Assembly (NCBI GenBank): GCA_001662655.1
Contig: KV460253.1
Reading direction: 5' to 3' (one strand)
DNA from: Pseudogymnoascus verrucosus
Lineage: Eukaryota
DNA length: 64,000 nt
The translations under genes were made by a program, and so were the position numbers. The stretch's first letter is position 1, and the number at the start of each line of letters is the position of its first letter. Of the stretch, positions 48,334-61,085 are shown one piece after another. The notes below the pieces were generated by a model that saw nothing but the letters and a program-made list of their open reading frames with translations, ran no database searches and was not told the origin of the DNA.

Positions 48334-50688
48334 ATGGATGCTGATGACCATGGGAGCCTCGAGTCTGAAGCTAAGCGACGGAGACTCCGGAAAGGAACCC
48401 ACAGTTGCTGGGCATGCAAACGGAGGAAAGTCCGGTGCACTTTTGCATCGTCGACAGAGGCAACGTGCATAATTTGTCGCCGGCGAGGTACCAAGTGCAT
48501 CAGTCAGGGGCTTCCTGAAGACCTCAGTCAAATAGAGGATACTTCTAGTCGTATTGTGCGCGTTGAAGCACTATTAAACCAGCTTGTCAAGGAAGTCGAC
48601 CATAGCAGCGCCGCAAAAGAGCAATATGGGGCTCAATCAAGGTCTAAAGATCGCGGAGGACCTCAATCTGCAGGTTCCACGCCTGCAGTTTCTACGCCTG
48701 GTAGTAGGTCTGAACAAACGACGTTCATCCCTTTGCATCACGGACCTACGCAGGAAAGGTTCCAAAGGGGAAGCGAAAATGGAGATACAAGTGCATATCA
48801 TTTAACGCCAGAATTTCACACACCATATACGCTCTCGCCTGCCAAAGTTGTCCCACCTAATGCAGGCAAATATGAGAAGTTCTCGCGAGCCCTTCTTGCA
48901 GGATTTCCCTCCCAAGAAGACCTTGATATCCTTGTCAAGGCGGGAAGCGGAATTACAGTGTTTTGCCACCAAGTCAACGTTAAACTACGCAGCCAACTGG
49001 TTCGCGAAGGACTTCAGGACGAGACTAAGATAATAGAGGTCCAGAACCTTCAAACCCATCCGGTCCTGTTAGCAAAACAAATGCTCATGTTTTCTTCAAT
49101 GTTGCTGCATCTTCCGCCCAATGAGAATATACCCGGTTTATCTGAACACCATCGCGTCATCATGGAAAGGCTTGCAGATACAGCGATCAGTGAGGTGACT
49201 ACCTGCGAAGAACTTTTAGGGACTATGGAGAGCCTGGAATGCATCGTACTTGAGGCATTCTACCACCTAAATTGCGGGAACATGCGGAGATCCTTGCTTG
49301 CATTTAGAAGGGCCGTGGTAGCTGGGCAATTTATGGGCATGAATCGCCCAAACAACCTTCCAGTGGAGTTTCTTGATCCCAGTACAAATATTGATCCACA
49401 AGTTATATGGTTCCGAATTGTCTATATGGACCGCTTTCTCTCTCTGATGCTCGGTCTCCCTCAAGGCCACAGTGATACCAGCATCAGTTCCGAAACAGCA
49501 CTGGAGAGAGGCGAGCCAAGTGAGCGCTTGGAACGCCTCCACACCATGATCTTTTCAAGAATGCTTGAACACAACAATCTCGGCTTATCCCAGTCCGCAA
49601 TCGAAATGACTCACGAAATCAACGCGGACTTACTAAAGGCTGCCGAAGGCATGCCGGCCAGGTTCTGGGGACCACCAAATTTTGCTGGTTTGGAGAAGGA
49701 CTCACAAGAAGCGTTGTGGGAGAGTATGCGGGTCAAAGACCAGATTTTCCACTACACTATGCTAAACCAGCTTCATCTACCATTTTTATTGAGCTCTGGC
49801 GCCGAGCGCAAGAACGAATATGCCAAGATCACCTGCGTCAACTCCAGCCGTGAGATCTTAACGCAATTTGTTGCATTCCGTGCCTTCAATCGTATCTCGG
49901 CCTCCTGTCGTCTGGCTGATTTCCTTGCCCTGATAGCTGGCATGACTCTAATTATCGCGCATCTCTACAGCCATCGCGAGAAAGAGACAGATAATCTCTT
50001 GGCCCATCAGCGGTTAGGGGATCGTGCCACAATGGAGCAGGCGCTAGAGAGCATGGAAGAGAGTTCCAATATAAACGAAGACAAATTGGCGGCTAGCTGC
50101 GCGCGTTTACTACAACATTTGCTGCATATCGAGGCAGACGCAGCCCAGGGGCATAATTATAGTGTGAAAAAAGCCCAGTTGTCCGATGGCGGCCATGGGG
50201 ATGGACCTAACGTGCTGCTTATCACCGTACCGTACTTTGGCACCATCAGGTTTACCCGCGATGGCATAAGAGTGGTGGAAGTAGCCAAGGTATCGGCTCG
50301 TCATATGCAAGAACATAGAGAGCATGTCACTATCGGGGGCATCGGGTCAGTCCAGGTTGCCAACCAGATACCAACAAATGATTATGGGCGGCTATCCGGT
50401 AATTCTCGGGAGTACCTTGTTGATTATGTGGACTCTGGCAGTCTTTCGTCTCCGTCGCAGGAGCGGGTGGCACAGCCGCCTGCTGGAGAGCTATACACTG
50501 ACCTTGACGCTGCACAGGCTAATAGTGTCATTATCGGAGATGATTTCATGCAAGAGCAAGAGCTATACCCTGGTGTTGCCGCAGGACAGGCTGACTGGGT
50601 CTTCCAAGGTTTCGATACCACGTTTTTTGACAACTTAATGGGAGGGGAAAGTCTTCAGTTTGGTGACGGAGGCTTATCGTCCAACTAG
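48334..50688 (+). CDS. Zn(II)2Cys6 fungal transcription factor
   Basis: RKGTHSCWACKRRKVRC...CIICRRRGTKC; 784-aa ORF with middle homology region and acidic WVFQGFDTTFFDNL tail. Confidence 0.93.
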   Translation: MDADDHGSLESEAKRRRLRKGTHSCWACKRRKVRCTFASSTEATCIICRRRGTKCISQGLPEDLSQIEDTSSRIVRVEALLNQLVKEVDHSSAAKEQYGAQSRSKDRGGPQSAGSTPAVSTPGSRSEQTTFIPLHHGPTQERFQRGSENGDTSAYHLTPEFHTPYTLSPAKVVPPNAGKYEKFSRALLAGFPSQEDLDILVKAGSGITVFCHQVNVKLRSQLVREGLQDETKIIEVQNLQTHPVLLAKQMLMFSSMLLHLPPNENIPGLSEHHRVIMERLADTAISEVTTCEELLGTMESLECIVLEAFYHLNCGNMRRSLLAFRRAVVAGQFMGMNRPNNLPVEFLDPSTNIDPQVIWFRIVYMDRFLSLMLGLPQGHSDTSISSETALERGEPSERLERLHTMIFSRMLEHNNLGLSQSAIEMTHEINADLLKAAEGMPARFWGPPNFAGLEKDSQEALWESMRVKDQIFHYTMLNQLHLPFLLSSGAERKNEYAKITCVNSSREILTQFVAFRAFNRISASCRLADFLALIAGMTLIIAHLYSHREKETDNLLAHQRLGDRATMEQALESMEESSNINEDKLAASCARLLQHLLHIEADAAQGHNYSVKKAQLSDGGHGDGPNVLLITVPYFGTIRFTRDGIRVVEVAKVSARHMQEHREHVTIGGIGSVQVANQIPTNDYGRLSGNSREYLVDYVDSGSLSSPSQERVAQPPAGELYTDLDAAQANSVIIGDDFMQEQELYPGVAAGQADWVFQGFDTTFFDNLMGGESLQFGDGGLSSN

Positions 50689-51885
50689 GGCCAAGATTAG
50701 AGTAGTGATCTAGGTAGATCATAAGAGATATTGTCAGAGACAGAGGTGAGGGATAAGGCTTTATAAATAGTGCTACGATGCGGTGACATAAACTCCGACT
50801 TCTCGTATATCCTGCCCTCAAATCCCAAGGCCCAAGATCCCAAAATTAAAAAAAAATTAAGAAAAGCACCTGTGTATATAGACATACAAATGTGGGCACA
50901 GACTAAACAGTTGGGTGATGACGATCGGCCAACGGCGGTGATGACGAGAAGTGGAGTCCTACACCGGACCACCCAAGATCGAGTTCGAGTAGCCCAGTCT
51001 CACATAGTTGGCCTCCATTAGTATCCTTTCTTTGAGATTTTTCAGAGCTCAGGGGAGGGGGTAGATATTTGTCCACGAAGCGATGATAGGCGAGCAGGTA
51101 GGAAATGATTGGAGAGTGGAAGGGGAATACAATATACGGGAGTCTGCGTTATGACAGAGGGATCGGGATTCTCTATTCCTTGATATTTATAGAGGAGGTG
51201 AAAGTTTGGTAAGAAGAGGAAGCGAATATCACTTTGTTTACTCACTCGTTTGCTCACGTATGCAGCTACAATATAGACAGACACAGGCTCAGCAACTCAA
51301 ATACCCGCAATCTCGAGGGGTTTCACTTAAATATGGACTTGGCGCGATCAGTGCAGGCTCAGCTGGTCTCAACTTGATTAGGATATGATTAGACACAGGC
51401 TGAGCTGTCTGTAGGCCACAGGCGGGGTGGGAGCTTAACCTGTCTTATGGGTTCGAGATATATTTCAGAAGTTCGGGAAATATCGCCCTAAAGACCTCGC
51501 CGATGGATTCAATAATACTGCCAAATTCTTTGGGGTTCATTAAATATTCATAAAACTATCGATTGACAATGAGCTTTCTCTTCCATCTAGGGCCGCAGGG
51601 CAATCCCTGCGCTATCATGCAATAGGGTGAGACACCAGCGACCCGATCCGAAAGTGGATTCCGGAAGATCTTATAAACAGCAGCTGAAACAATAATGATG
51701 AGAGATTATTGAGACAAAGGCGGTTCATTTGTCTCGGGGTTCTTGATTCACTTGTAGACAATAATGTGTGGCTATACTACAGTAAAATTGAAGGGTATAA
51801 ATAATATCGTAATATCCTAATATATCCTTATTCATCTGCAGCAAACTTCTACCCACCTTCGAAAACGTTATTTACCAACACAAAA

Positions 51886-52104
51886 ATGCAATTTTCCAAG
51901 CTTCTCCCGCTTGCCGCCCTTTTTTCATTGGCAATCGCTCGTGATTCTGCTGATGTTAGGGCTGCTGACGCATCTACCAGCATCGCGAAAGAACGTGGTG
52001 GAGATTTTGACCTGGAAGGTTGGGAAGATTTAATCACTGTTCGGCATTTCGGTCTCTCGAACTCTCTTGCGGCCTTCAAGAATGACATTGTTGCTACATC
52101 GTGA
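51886..52104 (+). CDS. Possible small secreted protein (or relic)
   Basis: MQFSKLLPLAALFSLAIA resembles a signal peptide; TATAAATA about 90 bp upstream; A-rich start context. Confidence 0.35.
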   Translation: MQFSKLLPLAALFSLAIARDSADVRAADASTSIAKERGGDFDLEGWEDLITVRHFGLSNSLAAFKNDIVATS

Positions 52105-55100
52105 TGGCTAATCTACTCATCACTCAAAATGCAGATCTTTTGATGAGTAATTTGGGGTGAGCACGGGTGAGAGAGCGGTGATGATGGGGGCAGAGTGGCG
52201 AGAGTCAGAGGAGGGGCGGAGGCTACAAGGGGGCTTGGGAGGTGGGAACTTGGAGTATGGACTGGTGAGTGCGTGCCCATATTCCAATTGATCAGCTGGA
52301 AGCTCAATCCCGTTGCTGTGTTGCCATTGCTACAGTTGCTCGGAGTGGTACAGATGAGGATATGGCTAGCTATATATGTGCATTGTGGTTGGATGGATGA
52401 GCAGGGGATTACTGTGCGAGAGGCTGGGTTGAGATGGAGGAGGTCTAGAGCCCCCCCCCCCGGAAGCCCGTGATAGAATGAGGATATAATTAAGCACCCG
52501 CTCAGGCAACGCCCATATCCCCAGATCCTATGGAAGGAGGAAGCACAACGCACTTCAACCCATAGTCAGCCCAAACGAAGGTAATGACCGTCGCTATCCC
52601 ATCGTCACTGAACCAAATCAGATCAGATTAGGGAATTAGGTACATGTTGCGACTTTCTCGTATAAATATTACCCTGCTCGGATGATGCGCAAAGGAAAAC
52701 TAAGGAATCCAGTGATAGGTTCCGGACCTTTCAACATCGGTGTGGGTACCAGAATATGGTAGTATGAGCGGTACGGTGGGCGGCTCGAGCGAGGGGGAGT
52801 GTATGGATAATGACAGAGACGGCCCTGCTGATGGAGTGGGAGTGACGGTGGCGACAAGAGCAATGGTGGTAACAAGCATGCAGTGGTGGGGAGATAACGG
52901 AGGAGTGCAAGCCGGATGTATGGTAGGGAGAGTGGCTGGGAGGGTGTGTGGGCTGGATTAACCGGACTCTAATCCGACCCCTGTTGCTCCGTTGTTGTTG
53001 TTGTTTATTTGGCATTGGAGTGTTGTAGGTGAGGGGTGCTGTGTTATATATGTGCATTGAGGTGGTTGGGGAGGCCAGCCGGGGAGAGTCGGTGTGGGGG
53101 ACAAAGTAAGGAAGGGAGCACAGAAACTCAAGGGCTCAGCTCATGAGATAGAAACTGTGTGGTTGCAACAGAAAGGGAAAGATGGTTGATGCAATAGATA
53201 CAAGGAGCGACTTTGTAATACCAGAAGAATAGTAAGTACGTTCTCATTCCAACCAAAACCATAAACCCACCCCATGGGCGGTAAACTCGCTACCCTGCCC
53301 TCCACCCAACCAAACACTATATAAACGGCAAGTGCACTGGGCAATAACAGATAAACCAAGAAACTATTATTCTACTCGGCGACCTAGTGGTCTTCCTGGT
53401 ACGAGGCTGTATGCCTGGACTGGGTTTTGCTGCACTTTCAGAATGCATCGCTGCTCGAGCTACTAGGGGGGGGTGGGGGTTGTGGAAGCGATGGCAAGAG
53501 AAGAATCAATGGTGCCTGCGAGCAGTTTTTTCTTGCTTCTATTGCTTTTGCTTTTACTGCTGATGTTACGAGTTAAGGGGCACAGGTGAGAAGTGGGGAT
53601 AAACTTGTGTCAGGTTTGATGGTATAGGGGATTTTGGGGATAGGGGTATAATAGGGGTAGCTAGCAATTAATGCAAAATCTAGTAACTAACCTTAATGAA
53701 ATCAAAAGCAAATGCTCTAGAATTTTTACTTTGCTAAAATTTACCTAGTTTTCACTCTTAATGATATCCATAAAGATGAAAAGTCGGCATTTCTGGAGCT
53801 CTGTAAAGGAATACGGCGGCGCGGATTATATCGCCAATGTCAAGGCATTTGCCAGACCACTCTCCGCAAAAACCATACAGAATTGCAGGGATGTCGCAAA
53901 AGTAATCGTTCCGAAGCACATCAGCTATCCGGCTTTCAGAGCGAAAATGAGATCGAAGAACGAGAACCAGCGCGTTGCCTACTTCGGAAACCTTGCTACA
54001 CCGAGTATGAAGCATTTCATTTTCCGACATCATTTCAAGGCGCTGAATTTCGCCTACATATTCCACAAGGCCTCAAGGCCAGTACGGTTGAAGGAGACGA
54101 CCAGACAGAATCTCCGCCTTCGCATCGACTTTATAACCGCTACAATGTTATACACGACGTACGCCCATCGCCTTCAGGTAGAAGCCTGCAAACCCAGATG
54201 TTAAGAAAGAAGAAATTCCCGGAGCCAACGACACCGTCCTTCTCGCATATAAGTTATGCACCAACCGTGGGCCCCTTACTCACCTCCCAAAAGACCTCAG
54301 GCTGTTGCCTGTAACCAGAGAGATCTTATCGAAGAAGAATCTTACGACACCAAAGAATGATGAGGCGGAAGCCTTCCCCGAACTTGACGACAAATTTAAC
54401 TGGAAGATGGCCTTTGATGCATAATATGGTATGGTCTTCAACTTTACTATCGAAATGTCTTCAAAAACCAATTTAATTATAAAGTTGAAGACGTTGCAAT
54501 GCCCGCCTGTGGCACCCGATGTGCATGGGTGCAGCGCTAATGGAGTCGGGTCAAGCAGGATTCGAACTTATGAGATCGCCTTCAACGCCACTCAGCTATC
54601 TCACTGGTCTTTCAAGGTAAGTTCTTCATGTTTACTATATGATCATTCGCAAATAGTTCTCAAGCTGATATCTGTTTGTCAAGTTGATGGATCGTTTGTG
54701 TTTCTGTGTGCGCTTCCTGATGGAACGGCGCCTTCAGCTCCCCATGCGTAGAGCTCTGATGCACGCTGCTCCCATGCACACAGCTCTGATTCTGATGTAT
54801 CTCCCCGCTATCCATTCGAGGTAAATTCATTAAATTTACCATCAGAATCATTTGTAAATCGTTCTTAAACTGATTTGTTTGTAAAGTTAAATATATGCGG
54901 CAACATGCACGCGCCAGGATTATTTGCAAACGGGTTTTTTTTGTGTCTCAGGATGGATGGTATAGAATGAGACAGGATGGAGGTAGGCATGGACAGGTAC
55001 ATAGTTGACAATCGAGATCAGAATTAAAGTGTTTCTCCCATCGCTATATTCGCCACCTTCACTTCCACCCCAACCGAACAGGATATAAAAGGCAGCTATA

Positions 55101-56172
55101 CTCGGTAGAAATAACTGAACCAATAAACTATCATCGTAATTAGAGACCAGGTGGTCATCATGGTGCGAGGCCTTATGTCTGGAGTGGGCGTCGCTGCGCT
55201 GTACTGAACGCGTCACTCGAGCTACTGGCGGACATTTTGTGTGAAAGCGGTGGCAGGAAAGGCTTCATTGGTGGGTGCAGGCGGTGACATGTCAAACATG
55301 CTTGTTGGACTTGTGCCAATACGTAAATCCGGGTTCTTGATGACGGCAGTATCTGTTGGGAAATTCACATCGTCAGTGGTGCCCACGAAGGTAAAAAGCT
55401 GGCATGTCTGGAGCTCTATGGGAATATACCGGTACGGATTTTTCGTCGCGGGGGGAGTGAGGTCCATGTATGAAGTGACCGAAGTATTAGATGGGGCTGT
55501 ACATTAAATCGAGGTGGCAAAATTCTTATGGGATGGCTGAGCTGGGAAGCGATATAGCATTTGGCGGATGTTTTACGGTTTGTAGATATTACCAACTTAC
55601 AAAAAAATGACTGATTCAACCATGCTCTGCTGGATTTGCTGGTGGAGGATGAGATTTGAGAGTATTAGACCCAGTTCTGTTGCATTGGCGGTTAACTGTG
55701 ATAGAGGGAGAGTACCGCCGGTGACGAGACTTCCTGGTGGTGAGAGGGGGCCGTGGTGACGAGAAGGGGACGCCAGCAATAACTGAGCAGTACGAAGATG
55801 ACCTGTGAGATGTTGACTTGCAAATCCATATTCATTAAATCATCCTTGCAACACCCATGTAGAAGTAGTCGAGTTAGGATTCTTTTATCATAAAACAAGT
55901 CGCAGTCATGTAGGAGGACCCCCGACCAATTCGATTTTCGGCTCTCGAAAGTCGGCATGAAAACAAGGAGATATTGTGGATATATGAGGATCTCTATGTG
56001 CTTGAGGCTCGGATATTGTTGGGTTTCGATGAAGGATTCAGGTTTGGGGTAGACGAAACAATTATGGCGGCGTGGAGCAGATGGTGAAAAAGAAAGGAGT
56101 CAATCTAGACTGTTCACTGTTCCTCTCTCAACTATATGTACTGGCATGTAATTACTCTTTTTAACTTGTACA

Positions 56173-57695
56173 TTAAACCGAGTGCGTCGTCTCTGGTTTA
56201 CGACCAAAGACCACATAACTAAATAATAGTCAGTATGGAATGAATCCTGTATAGAATGCCACACTTACAAATGATAATAACTGTGAATTGATTTGTCTTT
56301 GGTGGCCTTCCTTACCTCCATAAGAAACATCAAGACTTCTTCTCGGGTCCATTTTAGTGCTCTAGTAAAGAGCATCAAGCTCAGACTTTCCAAGCCCTCA
56401 TCCATGTTTACCATTTCGAACAGTCCTACATTCTTGAGCCTCTTATCTTTAGGCCAGGGCCCAACAGGAAGCTTTAAGATGTGCTCCTCAACATCAACAA
56501 ACCCAGCATCAATCATCAAGCGTTTTAGATTCCTGGGAGAGGTTGCAGAAGTCCCAAAAATTTCTGCAGCCTCAAAGAACGTTGTGCCCCATTTGGCAAT
56601 TGCGCAATCTTCTTTTAAAGAACCATCGTCGCTGAGAAATAGGGGGTGTTTCTCATGCCACTCGACCCACCCGCCTGGCTTCACGTGGCTGTTCCGGATC
56701 ATATTAGCTCATGTAAATCTGAACTAGTATGGCGCATAAGCACCTACCGGAATGCCTGTCCAACAAGACGCTCCCAGTTCCGGATAGCGCAGACGAAGTT
56801 GCGATTGTGAATGAAATCAAAAGAGTTGGGTTCGTACAACCAATCCTGTTCCGCATCATCAATTTCGAAGGAACAATTTGGTCCTACCCTATGCATGGTT
56901 AGTAATACGGCATATAGAGGTTCTCCGCGGCTGAAGTCTCACCAATCTGGTTGTATAGCGCTGACGTCTGTGCCGATTACCTTGACAACATTAGTCTATT
57001 TCTAATGATATAACGTGCATTGATCTATACCTCCGCGGAGGGGTACAGGTCCGCCACCTCAAGAGCCCATATTCCTTCATAAAGGGGTTAGCATAACACA
57101 TTCTGCAGTTACGGTATATATGCTGTGTTACCTGTCCCAGTACCCAGGTCGAGTATTCTCTGCGGGGATGGCCCAATCGGACTCCAAAACAGCTTGCCGT
57201 TGAGCAACATAGTTTGCATGGTATGCTGCATGTCTAATCTCTCAAGCTCACGTTCGTCATTGGGAAAAGCGTATTCTTGCCATAGTCAGAGGATCGGTGA
57301 TTCTCGAGAAATGGATATTTATTGATACATACGGGATTCCCCATACGAATGATATCTTCGGCCATTTTCGAATATGCCTCTAGTAACGCTTGACGCAATA
57401 GAGGTCATAAAGCTTGAGCGTCTAAATTAAAGCGCAACGAGCGAGTTAGCACTAGTCATACAGAGTATATCGTACCACGGCAGAGAGTATCATTTACGTT
57501 GATTCCGCATACGCCGAATCGTTCTCCTCAGACTTAATAGGAGCAAAAAGGTCAGCATGGTCCCGAAAAAGGGCATTGGATGAAGAGGGGCCATCCTTCC
57601 GTCCTACGTACATCGACTTCAAGCTCTGTGTGGTCCTGTCCAGGATGTGGGGCGGCCAGCTGCGGGGCCGAGGGTTCCTGGTCCGTCGACTCCAT
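56173..57695 (-). CDS. LaeA-like/TAM-type SAM-dependent methyltransferase, many short exons
   Basis: ENGRRYH, AFPNDERELERLDMQH, ILDLGTGTG, IQPDW, FDFIHNR, VKPGGWVE, KLPVGPWPKD, YVVFGRKP. Confidence 0.9.
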
Positions 57696-58062
57696 GGCTG
57701 AGGGACTCTGGTAGCACCACAACTTGATGCGGGAAGAGAATGAGTAAATAGAGCAGCAAGAAATATCTCGACACACTCGTCTAGAATATTAGGGATATTT
57801 CTAGTTATATATGTGCACAAAATGAGGTATTAGTGTGTAGTTTGCGATGATGATGACATGCACACGTATCTGTCAAGTGGGTCTCGGGGAGCCGGCTCAA
57901 CGTCCCGTGCCGCAAGACGTTGAAGTATCCCCAGGCAGGGGGGTTTCGGTATTTACCGCAGTATGATACTATGTATGACCTCTTTACCGCTCTACCCCTC
58001 CTTTGTTGTCGGTTTGTAAGTCAGTAAACCGATTTTAAAGAGTTGAGGAAATCCCCAGAACA

Positions 58063-59676
58063 ATGTCTGAAGATATACCCTTTCGAGTGCTCGTGATTGG
58101 AGCTGGTGAGTCCGCTTAAGTGACATGTCAGTTTGTGGTGACAAGAGATTTGACACCAGGAGCAGGTATTACTGGCCTGCTTATTGCCCAGGGTCTAAAG
58201 AAGGTATCATACAACCAGATACTCGGGTCCCAACTGCATATGTAGTTGCTAATACTCATCACTAGGAAGGCATTGCATGTACCGTCTTCGAGTCCGAGCC
58301 TTCTGCGTCGCATTATAGAGCAGCGGAATGGGGGATGTCGATTCAGTGGGGGATCCCATTACTACAACAATGTCTTCCCGAAGCCCTTTTCGATCGTCTT
58401 CAGTCTGTCGCAACTGATCCGTACTTCACCCCGCCTGACCCAGGACTTCTGCCAACTCTAAATGGGAAAACTGGCGAGTTACTTAAGGACGTACCGCTGT
58501 TGCGGATGTTCCGTGTATCTAGAAGGAGGTTCAGAAGCCTCTGCGCAGAAGGTATATCAGTTGAAGTACGCGCCGTGTCTCGTCAAACAAGTGCCTGTGA
58601 AGCATGTACTGACCCTAGCCGCAATATAGTACGATAAGACTTTGAAAGACGTTGTTTATGACGATGATAAAAACACTGTTACAGCCATTTTTGCGGATTC
58701 TTCGCGAGCAGTTGGTTCGTTGCTTGTAGGCGCAGATGGCGCCCATTCAGCCGTCCGAACCTGTATTTTTGGACCGGAAAAGGGGCGTGCATCCAGTGTG
58801 CCATATTCAGCAGTGAACATATGCGTCAAGTATAACGATGCTGAGAAAGCACGCTTCGTGCGCCAGCTCCATCCAATAATGGCCATGGGAATCCATCCTG
58901 ATGGGCATTGGCTGTGGATATCTAGTGCGTTCTGTCCTAGACTCTTCCAGCATTGCAAAGTTTGACAATCTTGGCAGTCCAGAGCGTCCCTGATCCCAAC
59001 GACCCAGCCACTTGGAGCTTTCAACTACAGACAACATCGCACAAGGGCAAAGATGATGTTATGTCGCTCGAAAACCTAAAGAAAAAGGCAGCGACTTTTG
59101 CAGAACCATTCCGCTCTGCAAATCTCTGGATTCCAGAAGGAACACCAATACATGAGAATAAAATCTCCTACTGGATGCCTATCCCTTGGGATGATCGTAA
59201 CGGCAGGATCACCCTGGCTGGAGATGCCGCACATCCGATGACATTTCGTACGTTTCTCCTACTATCTATCATGTGCTTGTGCTTGTTCTTATTCCTGTTT
59301 ACTTTCTATTATAAATTTCCTTCGACTGGAGTGCTTGTTACATCTTTGAGTTCTGGTATATCTAGTAAAAATAAAGAGATGTAGAGGGGGCACTGACTTG
59401 AGTTATACAGAACGCGGTCAAGGTATGAATCACGGTATCGCCGATGCCGCCAGCCTTGTCACAAAGTTGAAGTCCGCTCTGGACGGCCATTCCAGCGTCA
59501 AAGATGCCGTCAAGGCATACAATACTGAAATGATTGAACGTGCCGGTGACGAGGTGGCTACCTCGAAAGAAAACACTGAAATGCTTCATGACTGGTCTAG
59601 GATGATGGATTCGCCAATTATGCAGAAAGGGGGTCATCCCAGATCACAGCAGCCACCTGCTGTCGTAAAGCGCTAA
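58063..59676 (+). CDS. FAD-dependent monooxygenase (aromatic hydroxylase-like), multi-exon
   Basis: RVLVIGAG...GITGLLIAQGLKK, REWGM, LVGADGAHSAVR, ITLAGDAAHPMTF|RGQGMNHGIADA. Confidence 0.88.
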
Positions 59677-60120
59677 GCCAAATGCATGCTTCATGGGTTG
59701 GGCTTGGGTGAGTCGCAAGACGACTGGCTTCGGCAATCTTGGTCTTTCCCATCACCCTGCTTTGAGTCTGGACCAGGGTTGGGGAGGATCCCGGGAGGGA
59801 CAGAGTTCCTGGGACTGTTGCGCGGTTAGATATATAGAATATGAGGGGTAAATTATTATATCCACTGATATACATGGGAGCTTCGTGTTTAAGTCAATAT
59901 GGCATTCGTCATATACTCGAATAAAGTGTCTTGATTGGATATCCATAAACTGCTCTATTCACCAGGACTGCAAGTGAAGTTTCATATGCAGACATTTGCT
60001 GTCTGGGATAAACTCACTTCGGATGATTGCAATATCACTGTCGCCTTTGGCTCCGGCGGCATGCTAGGGGCTCGAAATTTCAACTTTTCGCTGGCGACAA
60101 GCATTGAGACTCGTTCGGTG

Positions 60121-60175
60121 GTGAGAATGGTCGGCAGTGAGAATGGTCGGCAGTGAGAATGGTTGGCAGTGAGAA
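60121..60175. repeat. Three-copy 16-bp tandem repeat GTGAGAATGGTCGGCA
   Basis: Seen directly; third copy has one substitution. Confidence 0.8.
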
Positions 60176-60578
60176 AAACCAGGCAGTGGGAGCATTGCAA
60201 CGGCGGCAGGGCAAGGTGTGTCTGGGCTGTGTGTCGGTGCTACTTCCATCTTTTACCTTTTACACTATTACCTTTATCATCATCTTCAACCCCAGAGCCT
60301 GTGAAGCAGTCCCACACTACGCATTAGATACACCCGAGAGATTTCGTTGTGAGAGATGCTGGATAACATTTATACATAGGCATTCCTCCCAATCGTCTCT
60401 CTATCTGTCGCTAGTGGCTATTGTATCATACACTGTTTCTCCGTAAACGCCAAGCTATACCATATATTCCCCAATAACTTTCTTCTCATCTCAACCTCTC
60501 TGTCTTTTCGAGCCTTATCCTGGGCCTACATCGTACATTTTACACAGCTGGTATCGTACATCCCCCGCCACATCGCAC

Positions 60579-61085
60579 CTAAGAAAATCTCAACAACCCC
60601 GACAGACGATTTTTGATCCGTCCGAACATCCCGCGGCTCGGCGCAGCATCAATCTCCTCGATGATATCGTTATAGTGGTCCGGGTTGCTCGCTGGACGCA
60701 TGAGTAGGTTCTTGCGGGGTTGGTACTGCGATTGTTAGCTATTTCTCTACCACACACCAGGCCTTGCGCTGCTTCTTCGTTCTACTGCGGGCGCGATAAC
60801 TTACTCTCAATGCATAGCGGTTGTCGAGGAGACTGTATAACGCGTTCGCGTTCTCGAGCTCGGCTCTCTCGTTGATAGTTGGCGCCGGGGCGCCGATTGC
60901 GGAGGAGGCGGGGACGAAGGTCTTCTTTGCACGCGCGAGGAGGATATCTTGGAGCTGGCAGTCTGGGCGGAGACGGTCTTTGGGCCAGAGGGAGACGGCG
61001 CGAACGAGGTGTTTGTAGGCGACCTGAGAGAGTTAGCTGGATTGAATGAAGAAGGCCGGAAGATAGAGCGTACCGATTTAGACAT
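60579..61085 (-). CDS. CBP6: Cytochrome b translation/assembly factor Cbp6 (UQCC2-like), 3 exons
   Basis: MSKS|VAYKHLVRAVSLWPKDRLRPDCQ...NALYSLLDNRY...RPASNPDHYNDIIEEI...RLSGLLRFS. Confidence 0.8.

Noticed and set aside
53761..54480. Candidate Starship captain (tyrosine recombinase) or transposase remnant
   Set aside because: No recognisable catalytic motifs in any frame
60121..60175. Direct repeats that might resemble a CRISPR array
   Set aside because: Eukaryotic DNA; contiguous minisatellite with no spacers
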